64,000 nt of DNA from Macrostomum lignano. Its lineage: Eukaryota. The notes below the pieces were generated by a model. It saw nothing but the letters and a program-made list of their open reading frames with translations. It searched no databases and was not told where the DNA came from. Shown piece by piece: positions 53,481 through 64,000 of this stretch; the stretch's first letter is position 1; every line of letters begins with the position of its first letter. The stretch spans positions 1 through 64,000 of the forward strand of contig NIVC01003665.1 in assembly GCA_002269645.1 (NCBI GenBank), given 5' to 3'. The position numbers were made by a program, and so were the translations under genes.

Positions 53481-53554
53481 CTGCCAAGGCAGAGAAGCGA
53501 ATTAGCACGATTATTAACTTCAGTTATGCATAAAATTATAAAAAAGTTATAAAA

Positions 53555-53860
53555 ATAGGATGCAATAATAGGGATAATATTGGATAATATGGGATAATAC
53601 GAGATAATATGAGATAATACGGAATAATATGGGATGAAATGGGATAAAATGGGACAAAATGGGATAATTTAGGATAATATGGGATAAAATGGGATAAAAT
53701 GGGATAAAATCGGATAATATGGGATAAAATGGGATAATATGGGATAAAATGGGATAATATGGGATAAAATGGGATAATATGGGACAAAATGGGATAATTT
53801 AGGATAATATGGGATAATATGGGATAATATGAGATGAAATGGGATAATATGGGATAATAC
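53555..53860. repeat. 10-bp intronic repeat GGGATAA(T/A)AT
   Basis: Direct reading. Confidence 0.93.
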
Positions 53861-54764
53861 AAACTGAACTGGAAAATGTTCTACAGAGAACATAAACTAC
53901 CACAATACCAGTAAGCACCAGAGGCCACTTTACCTACTTTAAACACATCATATTTAAAACAGCCATTGCATAAGATATCAACCAATCAATTTCAAACTAG
54001 TAAAGGACTTACTGGCTTCCACCAAGCATCCCTTCGATAGTTAAAGGCTAAGAAATTCTTGACTCACACTTCAACACCCCCTCTCTCTTCAAGAGCGGTC
54101 GCAGGCCTGTCAATCTGCCCGCCTTTCATCTCTCAGTCTTGCTTGACAGGCAACAAAAGTACAACTTGACCGCCCAGAATCAGTTTTTGTCCCTAGAAAT
54201 GGGAATTCTGTTCGAACCCTGGTAGCTGGCAACCCGAGCGACAGCAAGCCACCACCAAATCAGGAAATTGTTGTTTTTTTTTCGTTCACCTCAGTTGCCG
54301 TGCACCAGTGTAGGCTGAAGGATTCCTTTTTCTATCCAGTTTCTTACCTTTCAAGGTGCGTAAAAGGGAGGGGAAAAAATTCCCAACCCAGCTTGGGGAA
54401 AAGGAATTTCACGCAATAGGGAGGATTTTTCAACTTCTCGCCAGCCACCAAGCCCCACAGAGAGAATTTCGCAGCCGGTCAGGTGTACGGGCCAAGCCTT
54501 CGTCTTGCGGGCCTTCATTTCTCTGATTTTTTATATCGCCCTCAGTCTGCACTGAAAGCGGACTGTCAGTTTTAAGCTGATGCATTTTTATGGAGATCGA
54601 TGGCCGAGACAGAAGCATCGCTTGCACTCCAATGGGTTACTATTATTCGTCTGGTGCAATAACTTGTATTTGAATATGGTGTTATAGTACTAGAATTTTT
54701 TGTAAATAGTGTCTTTATAAAGCATCATCCAATAGGATAGGCCCGATCTAATCCATTGTAATCC

Positions 54765-55375
54765 TTCGATTGAATAGATTAGCAATCCATTCAAATCCTT
54801 CGATTGAATAGATTAGCAATCCATTCAAATCCTTCGATTGAATAGATTAGCAATCCATTCAAATCCTTCGATTGAATAGATTAGCAATCCATTCAAATCC
54901 TTCGATTAAATAGATTAGCAATCCATTCAAATCCTTCGATTGAATAGATTAGCAATCCATTCAAATCCTTCGATTGAATAGATTAGCAATCCATTCAAAT
55001 CCTTCGATTGAATAGATTAGCAATCCAATCTAATACTTCATCTAATAGAAGATAGATTAGCAATCCAATCTAGCTCGTAATCCTTCATCTAATCGAGGAT
55101 AGATTAGCAATCCTTTCTAATCCTTCATTTAATCGAGGATAGATTAGCAATCCAATCTAATAATTAATTTAATAAAGGATAGATTAGCAATCCAATCTAA
55201 TACTTCATCTACGAGCGTATTGATACTAGAGGAAAGATTAGCAATCCATTCTAAGCCTTCATCGAATCAGATAGATTAGCAATCCATTCGAACCCTTCAT
55301 CGAATTAGATAGATTAGCAATCCATTCGAACCCTTCATCGAATTAAATGGATTAGCAATCCATTTCAACCCTTTA
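54765..55375. repeat. 34-bp intronic minisatellite GATTAGCAATCCATTCAAATCCTTCGATTGAATA
   Basis: Direct reading; degenerates rightwards. Confidence 0.92.
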
Positions 55376-55849
55376 TCTAATAGGACAGATTAGCAATTTG
55401 TAAGCGTGGCAGCAGAAAACTCTTTCTATTTTGACATTTGCGATCGCGACGTCCCGCTTGCCTTTTCCCCAGAGAACTAATTAGCAAAAGACGGATATTG
55501 TTTCTGCTAATGGAAACCAGGAAAAAACAGGATTGTTGTTGGCTTGTAGAAACAAAGACAGTTTGGAAAAGACGAGAAAGACGCTCGCGGGAAATTGCCA
55601 GAATGCGTGTGAACTGACGCATACGGCCAGGACCGAATAGGGAATTCGAGCTAGAGACAGCGTTTTCGTGTGTAAGCAAAGAAAAATAATTATATTTAGC
55701 AGAGGACCTTTTTTCTTTCTTTTTGTAGTAACAAAACGTGTTACAATTTTACAATACAATCTTAACCTTCCACCGTGTCACTCAAATCCCCTCTCCCTTC
55801 CTCTCCCTCGGTTCATTCAATTCCCCTTGTCCCAGTCCCTTCATTTCCG

Positions 55850-56665
55850 CCCCTTCATCTCTATCTCTTTATTTTTAACCCTTCATCTCTACCCATTCAT
55901 CTCTACCCCTTCATCTCTACCCCTTCATCTCTACCCATTCATCTCTACCCCTTCATCTCTACCCATTCATCTCTACCCATTCATCTCTATCCATTCATCT
56001 CTATCCATTCATCTCTATCCATTCATCTCTATCCATTCATCTCTACCCCTTCATCTCTACCCATTCATCTCTACCCCTTCATCTCTACCCATTCATCTCT
56101 ACCCCTTCATCTCTACCCATTCATCTCTACCCCTTCATCTCTATCCATTCATCTCTATCCATTCATCTCTATCCATTCATCTCTATCCATTCATCTCTAC
56201 CCATTCATCTCTACCCATTCATCTCTACCCATTCATCTCTATCCCTTCATCTCTATCCCTTCATCTCTATCCATTCATCTCTACCCATTCATCTCTACCC
56301 ATTCATCTCTATTCATTCATCTCTACCCATTCATCTCTACCCATTCATCTCTATTCATTCATCTCTACCCATTCATCTCTACCCATTCATCTCTATTCAT
56401 TCATCTCTATCCATTCATCTCTACCCATTCATCTCTATTCATTCATCTCTATCCATTCATCTCTACCCATTCATCTCTACCCATTCATCTCTATTCATTC
56501 ATCTCTATCCATTCATCTCTACCCATTCATCTCTACCCATTCATCTCTACCCATTCATCTCTATCCATTCATCTCTATCTGTTCATCTCTACCCATTCAT
56601 CTCTATACATTCATCTCTATCCCTTCATCTCTATCTGTTCATCTCTATCTCTTTATCTCTATCTC
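55850..56665. repeat. 14-bp intronic minisatellite CCATTCATCTCTAC
   Basis: Direct reading. Confidence 0.95.
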
Positions 56666-56692
56666 TTTACCACTTTCACGAGCGTCACTCAC

Positions 56693-56963
56693 TCCGCAAG
56701 GTGACTCTCTTCTTAGCAACGGCGTGGTCGAAGCAGCTGACAATGTGACAGACGAACACGCCCTCGTCTCGGCCCCGTTGCGGCTTTTGAATATTCAGAG
56801 TTGCCGCCCGCCGCTGCAGGCCCCGGTCGTACAAGCTGTAGATCAGATTTGGGAAGCCGGCGTCTGTGAACCGGGCTCGCATGCGAGCGTAGCACTCCGA
56901 GTGCTGCCCCATCGTCAGGCCGACTTCCAGGGACTCTGCCGGGCCGCCTTGCTGCGGGTTGTA
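56693..56963 (-). CDS. Dscam: Dscam exon: Ig7 (C-terminal part)
   Basis: Acceptor CCCTTCCTTTTAG, phase 0. ATLNIQKPQRGRDEGVFVCHI. Donor GTGAGT. Confidence 0.85.
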
Positions 56964-57051
56964 CTAAAAGGAAGGGTGGGATCAAGGTTTGTCGCGGTTT
57001 GCTGATATTCGAAAAAACACATGGATTGGGCGACGTTTGGATATTTCATAA

Positions 57052-57410
57052 TTCTCTTCCCGTCACTCTCTACTCGTCACTCTCTTCCTGTCACTCTCTT
57101 CCTGTCACTCTCTTCCCGTCACTCTCTTCCCGTCACTCTCTTCCTGTCACTCTCTTCCTGTCACTCTCTTCCTGTCACTCTCTTCCTGTCACTCCCTTCC
57201 CGTCACTCTCTACTTGTCACGCTCTTCCTGTCACGCTCTTCCCGTCACTCTCTTCCCGTCACTCTCTTCCCGTCACTCCCTTCCTGTCACTCTCTTCCTG
57301 TCACTCTCTTACTGTCACTCTCTTCCTGTCACTATCTTCCTGTCACTCTCTTCCTGTCACTCTCTTCCTGTCACTCTCTTCCTGTCACTCTCCTCCTGTC
57401 ACTCTCTTCA
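57052..57410. repeat. 14-bp intronic minisatellite CTCTTCCTGTCACT
   Basis: Direct reading. Confidence 0.95.
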
Positions 57411-58159
57411 CGTCCAGTAATTAGCAGAATAGAACGTCTACTCCGTGGGAAAATAGTACCCTCCCTAATTGCTAATATTTCTCTAGTTGTTATGTCGTTG
57501 CCTCAAGGACGTTGCAACGCGGTTTTTCACAGCGCCTTGCCATATTTTTATAACATCCTCGATCATAAATCAGCCGAGGACAGAGGGAAGGAAGAATTCT
57601 GCACGCCTGCTGTTGGTTTATTTAGTCTACTGCAAGTGCAAGCGGATTTCCGTGCTGGCGCCGATCCTCTCTGCCTGTCCTCTTTCTTACCTAAGGGTTC
57701 TTTACACAGGGCTAGCTTGGCTGTTCTTAGGTATAATACAGTTATGTTAGAAGTTGAACAATATGTTTTTATGCTTTTTTACGCAGCTAAGGCTTTATTT
57801 ATCGAAGGTTTTAATTAGGACACGATGTACTTCACAATAATTGGAACGGCACTTTACATCTGTTTTTAGGTTATAGAGTGGGTGGTAGTGTATAGCTAGC
57901 AGGAATGTCAAAACAGGATTATATGAATCAGGAATAAGACTAAACCTTTAGCAAATATTTTTCAGATGGCAACTCTAGGACGATTTGTGAGATTGATGAC
58001 ATAGTTCAGGCATGAGAAAGACTAGATAAGAGCAGTCATCCTCCAAAAACTAAATTAAAGAGCTACACAAGCTTGAAACAATGACAGGAGCTTAAATTTT
58101 GCAAACTATTGGATATGACATCTAACCAAAAGGAGATAGGGGTAAGGTTGCTGAGCAAT

Positions 58160-58975
58160 AGACAAGGGGCGCCCATCAAGAGACAGATGCGCCCATCAAG
58201 AGACAGATGCGCCCATCAAGAGACAGATGCGCCCATCAAAAGACAGATGCGCCCACCAAGAGACGGGGGCGCTCAGCAAGAGACAGGGGCACTCAGCAAG
58301 AGACAGGGGCGCCCACCAAGAGACAGGGGCGCCCACCAAAAGAGACAGGGGCGCCCACCAAGAGACTGGGGCACTCAGCAAGAGACAGGGGCGCCCACCA
58401 AGAGACAGGGGCGCCACCAAGAGACAGGGGCGCCCACCAAAAGAGACAGGGGCGCCACCAAGAGACAGGGGCGCCCACCAAAAGAGACAGGGGCGCCCAC
58501 CAAGAGACAGGGGCGCCACCAAGAGACAGGGGCGCCCACCAAAAGAGACGGGGGCGCCAACCAAGAGACAGGGGCGCCACCAAGAGACAGGGCGCGCCCA
58601 CCAAAAGAGACAGGGGTGCCACCAAGAGACAGGGGCGCCCACCAAAAGAGACAGGGGCGCCCACCAAGAGACAGGGGCGCCACCAAGAGACAGGGGCGCC
58701 CACCAAAAGAGACAGGGGCGCCACCAAGAGACAGGGGCGCCCACCAAGAGACAGGGGCGCCCACCAAGAGACAGGGGCGCCCACCAAGAGACAGGGGCGC
58801 CACCAAGAGACAGGGGCGCCCACCAAGAGACAGGGGCGCCCACCAAGAGACAGGGGCGCCCACCAAGAGACAGGGGCGCCCACCAAGAGACAGGGGCGCC
58901 CACCAAGAGACAGGGGCGCCCACCAAGAGACAGGGGCGCCCACCAAGAGACAGGGGTACCCACCAAGAGACAGGT
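58160..58975. repeat. ~20-bp intronic minisatellite GGGGCGCCCACCAAGAGACA
   Basis: Direct reading. Confidence 0.95.
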
Positions 58976-59074
58976 CAGAAGCGTTTACCCATAAGCCTAA
59001 TGATTCAAGCGATTCAACAGAAACAAGCTACTGAAGACACAACAAGCAGTCAGCCCCAGCCCCAAGTGACTCAC

Positions 59075-59670
59075 GGTGACAAACTCGCCATTCAATTCCT
59101 GCCTGTCAGCAGTCGAGTCAGCCTTGTGCCACCAAGCGAACCAGTCCCCAGTCGGTGTGTTAACGGGTTTGCACGAGTCCGTTATTGAGATACTTGGATC
59201 CAAATCCAGCTGATCGCTAATCCAATTTGGACGAACTCCGCGAACTACCAGCACGTCGGTGGTAGCTTTCAATTGGCCGACAGAGTCGGACGTGCCGCTG
59301 CGATCTAATTGCGCTTCGTCGGTTGCCGTGACAACGCATTCGTACTGTCCAGCATCCGATGGTTCGACATCAATGGTGTGGAGTTGATCGGGATAGCCAG
59401 TCGGACCAGTGATGGTTCGATGATTGATCGGCAATACGAGCTGTTTGGTTGGCGAGTCAGCTGGTTTGAATAGCCAACGAACCGAATAGGTCTCTATGCC
59501 GGTCATATTGGGATAATTTTCCTGACTGTTGAGGCCGCCTAGCACTGGGCACTCGAGTGAGAATGCTTTACTCATCACGGCGTAGTGACGTCGGCGCATA
59601 GTGCGGATTTGCAGTTTGGGAGCTAGATTGGATTGTAGCAGCGAGTTGGGTGATAGCGTTGCACTGGCCG
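59075..59670 (-). CDS. Dscam: Dscam exon: Ig6 and start of Ig7 region
   Basis: LECPV, LPINHR (Dscam Ig6 LPINRK-like), DAGQYECVVT. Acceptor TCTCTAAG chosen for phase 1 (less certain). Donor GTGAGT, phase 0. Confidence 0.82.
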
Positions 59671-59744
59671 CTTAGAGACTGCTTGCAAAATATAAGTGAC
59701 TAGTCATTGATAAAAATATACAATTTTGGACAGCATGAGGTGAA

Positions 59745-59910
59745 AGAGTGATGAGAAGAGAGTGACTGGAAGAGAGTTACGAGTAGCGCTCGTGATAGGA
59801 GTGTTTACCCATAAGCTCAAGAGAGTGACGGGAAGAGAGTTACAAGTAGCGCTCGTGATAGGAAGAGAGTGACGGGAAGAGAGTGACGGGAAGATATCGT
59901 GATAGGATGC
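59745..59910. repeat. Degenerate intronic GAGAGTGACGGGAA repeat
   Basis: Direct reading. Confidence 0.75.
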
Positions 59911-59952
59911 GAGTACAATAGAGGATCGCTACAAGGAAGAATCTTCACTCAC

Positions 59953-60339
59953 GACTCGAGACGCCAAACAGTACCAGCCGACAAGAGGCAGAGCCTCGCT
60001 CGTTAGTAGCTTCAATTAACAGCCGACCAGTGTGTTGCAGTGTGGTAGGCGCATAGTCTAACACTAGTCGCACCTCCTGCCCAGTAACACGGGTAGTTAA
60101 ACGATACGGCGACGACTGGCCCATAGCGCCGTTAGACAAGCTTTCGAATAGGCTCTGATTGCCGTCCAAGTAGGCGCGAACGCTTGGTCGCGGTTGCGCC
60201 ATAAATAAGCAGGTGAAAGTGCCAACAGTCGACGCCACTCGGGGTGGATAGTAACCATGCAGGGCGTCGTTAGAAGCTGCTACGCTAACTGGTGCGTAGC
60301 CTATGCTTGGCTCGGTGGCTATTAGTACAGGAGGCATAT
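59953..60339 (-). CDS. Dscam: Dscam exon: Ig5
   Basis: Acceptor TTAAAACAG. DMPPVLI, TFTCLFMAQPRPSV..YLDG, EATNERG. Donor GTGAGT. Confidence 0.85.
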
Positions 60340-60399
60340 CTGTTTTAATAGGAAGGGAGGTTTGGGAAATAAGGATCAACCATTGACACTGAGAGTTGG

Positions 60400-60730
60400 T
60401 TGTGGTTCGACCAGCGACACTAACGAGTCGATATTTTGGACCATAGACACTACCGAGTCGATATTTTGGACCATAGACACTACCGAGTCGATATTTTGGA
60501 CCATAGACACTACCGAGTCGATATTTTGGACCATAGACAATACAGAGACGATAGGATTGGACCATTGACACTACAGAGTCGATAGGGTTCAACCATAGAC
60601 ACTACCGAGTCGATATGTTTGGGCCATAGACACTACAGAGTTGATACGTTTGACATAAGCAGCATAGAATTGATATAGTTGGACCATAGACAATTTGATA
60701 TAAAGTTGATAGGATGGGACACTACAGTGT
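60400..60730. repeat. 30-bp intronic minisatellite CCATAGACACTACCGAGTCGATATTTTGGA
   Basis: Direct reading. Confidence 0.92.
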
Positions 60731-60859
60731 CAAAGTGGTTAAGCGACAGATTTTAACGGTTTCTGTCGCATCTGAATAGGTTACGAGAATAGGTTCTGAG
60801 AAGGTTAGGACCATACTGTAGATGATGCAATAGTTTTATACAGATCCAACGTATCTCAC

Positions 60860-61756
60860 CTCCAACCAGCACCGCCACAGTTGCCACAGCATAGTCTGGC
60901 GGGGCCGGCCTGGTCTCCAACAGCCTCTCTGCTACGCACTGATAAGCGCCTCGATCCTCCAGTCGAAAATCGTCCACCGTCAACTGACTCCAACCGTTCT
61001 CGGCAGCCACTTCAGCTTCGGCTGGTTCCATTCGCACACGGCCGGAATCTTGCCCATTTTCTAAGCGTCGACCGTTTCTAAACCATCGAATTCGATGCAA
61101 CGGCCATCCGTCAGCGACGCACTTCAAAGTCGCCTCGGAGCCGAACTCGAATCGAGCAACTTTTGATGCAGTTTTACCGCCAACTTCCAAATCGTCAGTA
61201 GTTCCAATCGAAATTCTTACGCTCAACTGTTTATAAACTCTTACTTGAGTTCGGTACACCGCCAATTGACGGCTGCCGTCATTGATGTAGCATCGATAGT
61301 CGCCGGTGTCTTGTCGGCCGGTCAGCTTCAGTCCAATGCTACCAGGATGGCCGGGCTGCGAGCCGGGCAACAGGTAAGCGACTTTACTATTGACAATATC
61401 GGAGCCAATTAACAGTGGCTCGCCATCTTTAGTCCAGCTGTAGCTGCCGCTTATTTGGCTAAAACACGGCAATGAGATGTTGTCGCTGTGCCGATTGTCA
61501 CTATACTCCGTTGCTACTAAACTGGCTGCGTTTGAAACGCTTCGAATTGCGTCGCCATGGTGACTGGCGCCTTGCGGTAGTAGCCGAATCACGCTGGAGT
61601 CTGACAGGTTACTGTAGGCTAATGCCGACCCAGCATTGTGTGGTGACAGGCTGAGTAAAATTATCCGAGCTCTGTAGGCATATCTGGTGTCTTCGGCTGT
61701 TAGACGCATGATGTGCAGCTCGCTGGGAAATATGCCGTACTTTGGATTGTGAGGGT
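60860..61756 (-). CDS. Dscam: Dscam exon: C-half of Ig2, Ig3, Ig4 (first exon found in the window)
   Basis: Branch point TACTAAC and acceptor CATTTCAG. KYGIFPSELHI..L..ED (compare Dscam KYLVLPSGELHIREVGPED), DTGDYRC, FGSEATLKCVADGWP...WFRNG, EDRGAYQCVA...VLVG. Donor GTGAGA. Confidence 0.92.
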
Positions 61757-61819
61757 CTGAAATGTAGCGCAGCGTTAGTAGGAATTGTTGAAACAATTGT
61801 GCTACTTTTTCTGGTGGTT

Positions 61820-62560
61820 TTTGGTGGTGTAGCTTCTGTGTTGTGTAGCTTCTGTGTTGTGTAGCCTTTGTGTTGTGTAGCTTCTGTGCTGTGTAGCTTC
61901 TGTGTTGTGTAGCTTCTGTGCTGTGTAGCTTCTGTGTTGTGTAGCTTCTGTGTTGTGTAGCTTCTGTGCTGTGTAGCTTCTGTGTTGTGTAGCTTCTGTG
62001 TTGTGTAGCTTCTGTGTTGTGTAGCTTCTGCATGTTGTGTAGCTTCTGCATGTTGTGTAGCTTCTGCATGTTGTATAGCTTCTGCATGTTGTATAGCTTC
62101 TGCATGTTGTGTAGCTTCTGTGTTGTATAGCTTCTGCATGTTGTATAGCTTCTGCATGTTGTATAGCTTCTGCATGTTGTGTAGCTTCTGCATGTTGTAT
62201 AGCTTCTGCATGTTGTGTAGCTTCTGCATGTTGTATAGCTTCTGCATGTTGTGTAGCTTCTGTGTTGTGTAGCTTCTGCATGTTGTGTAGCTTCTGCATG
62301 TTGTGTAGCTTCTGCATGTTGTATAGCTTCTGCATGTTGTGTAGCTTCTGCATGTTGTATAGCTTCTGCATGTTGTATAGCTTCTGCATGTTGTGTAGCT
62401 TCTGTGTTGTGTAGCTTCTGCATGTTGTGTAGCTTCTGCATGTTGTATAGCTTCTGCATGTTGTGTAGCTTCTGCATGTTGTATAGCTTCTGTGTTGTGT
62501 AGCCTTTGTGTTGTGTAGCCTTTGTGTTGTGTAGCCTTTGTGTTGTTAGCTTCTGCGTTG
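61820..62560. repeat. 16/18-bp intronic minisatellite GTAGCTTCTG(CA)TGTTGT
   Basis: Direct reading. Confidence 0.95.
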
Positions 62561-63139
62561 TGTGCTCTGTATAGCATCTGAATAGGGTGGCTTCTGAGTA
62601 ATTAATTGGAAAAAAACTGCATAAAATTCAAATTTAAATTGCAATTATAAATTAAAACCCAACTAAACTCAGCATCAAGGGTCAGAGAAGCGTCAAAATG
62701 AAAATCGATTTTGCATCCTAGCTGTTACCGCCCATCGGCAACCGCTAGGTGGACTAGACTGACCCAGGCACTGGTCGTAAGTCATTCAATCAAGACCACC
62801 CGTCCACTAAGTCCACAAAGTTTTGCGTTTTATTGTTTAGCACTAACAGCTTTACGATACCTGGGCGTTGACTAGGGGGAGAGAAATTCTTTGTGGGGAG
62901 CCAAGGCCACTCATTATCCCTCAGCAAGTTGGTGCTGAAAATTCCAAACTATAATTACTTTTCCACAGCCAGAATAATTAACACCTCAAATTTAGCGTAA
63001 ATATTTATATAAATATATTTCTGTTGAATGCGTTTCGGATTTCGCTAAAAAGGCATGCCATAAATATACGAACTATCCATCAGTATTTTACTTATTCTTC
63101 ATATCTGTATTTAAATACCATATCATGTGACTTTCAGCG

Positions 63140-63435
63140 CTTTGTCTGACACCCAACTTGTCGATTGTCTGACGCCTAACTTGTCGATTGTCTGACACCC
63201 AGCTTGTCGATTGTCTGACACCCAATTTGTCGATTGTCTGACACCCAACTTGTCGATTGTCTGACACCCAACTTGTCGATTGTCTGACACCCAACTTGTC
63301 GATTGTCTGACACCCAACTTGTCGATTGTCTGACACCCAACTTGTCGATTGTCTGACACCCATCTTGTCGATTGTCTGACACCCAACTTGTCGATTGTCT
63401 GACACCCAGCTTGTCGATTGTCTGACACCCAACTT
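63140..63435. repeat. 23-bp minisatellite CTGACACCCAACTTGTCGATTGT x~13
   Basis: Direct reading. Confidence 0.95.
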
Positions 63436-64000
63436 ATCCAATCTCTGTAACCCAACTTGGCTCACCCACCTAGTCCTGACTCCCATAATATATACGATAT
63501 ACCATACTTGTTTAACAATGACTGCAAACCTAACAATGGAGACAGAAACTGGCTTCAATATCAAGGCAGCCACAACCACTCTCCCCAAAAAGCAGACCCT
63601 TTCAATAATCCCATTGTTGCAGAAACTTTCTGCACAAGGCCACAAGAGGGGAGCAGCACACGAACCCTCAGTTCCATAGGCTCTCAACAGCTCGTCAATT
63701 GATGGCTTGGTAAAGTTTGGTTATTCAGCTCAGTAAGTTTTTCTGGCTTCAAAGTAGAAGAATGCATTTGAATAGCAGGCATTGATACTTTTTTGTTGCG
63801 CCCGTAGCTGGCCAGTCCTCAATCACAGTACGAAGGACTGTCTGGATCCTCTGACCGACTGAGCGTGCTCAAATATAGTGGAGCAGTGGGTTCTATCCAT
63901 TTCTATTCCCGGCTGTACGAGCGTACTAACGCTAGCTAACGCATTGAGGCCAAAAAAGCTAAAACTTTGCCAAACGTAAATTTTACAAACCCACAAACCC

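Noticed and set aside
54013-54195. Candidate extra or alternative Dscam exons with good AG/GT sites between Ig7 and Ig8
   Set aside because: The larger candidate has in-frame stops in all three frames and the 35-nt one breaks the frame. There is no Ig homology.
63088-63702. ORFs near the window end as Dscam 5' exons or a separate gene
   Set aside because: No Ig or signal-peptide features, and they are largely derived from the 23-bp repeat.

Overview
Eukaryotic, repeat-rich window from an invertebrate animal. GC-rich exons, minisatellite-filled introns and TTAGGG islands suggest a free-living flatworm such as Macrostomum, but this is inference only. (1) 1-13.5 kb: head-to-tail tandem array of a non-autonomous Helitron-like element on the minus strand. 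There are six complete units of 1.2-2.8 kb plus a partial one. Each junction shows a hairpin followed by CTCG|T(C), each unit carries one (TTAGGG)3-5 island, and four units carry a hypervariable polypyrimidine cassette. (2) 18.1-18.4 kb: tRNA-derived SINE with A-tail and a 12-bp TSD, plus two partial relatives elsewhere. (3) 20504-21802 (+): intronless stomatin/SPFH gene. (4) 22-41.6 kb: intergenic repeat field with micro- and minisatellites, probable decayed retroelement remnants and a ~40-bp-period array of GTCACGTGAC palindromes. (5) 41654-61756 (-): 15 frame-consistent exons (6278 nt, about 2090 aa) of a divergent Dscam, covering the C-half of Ig2 to Ig9, FN3 x4, Ig10, FN3 x2, TM and a tail ending YEDIFTVV*. 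Its 5' exons were not found in the window, no alternative-exon clusters were seen, and 12 of 14 internal introns hold their own tandem repeat. Most long ORFs in the supplied track are artefacts of simple repeats. All calls were made by eye with no database searches.
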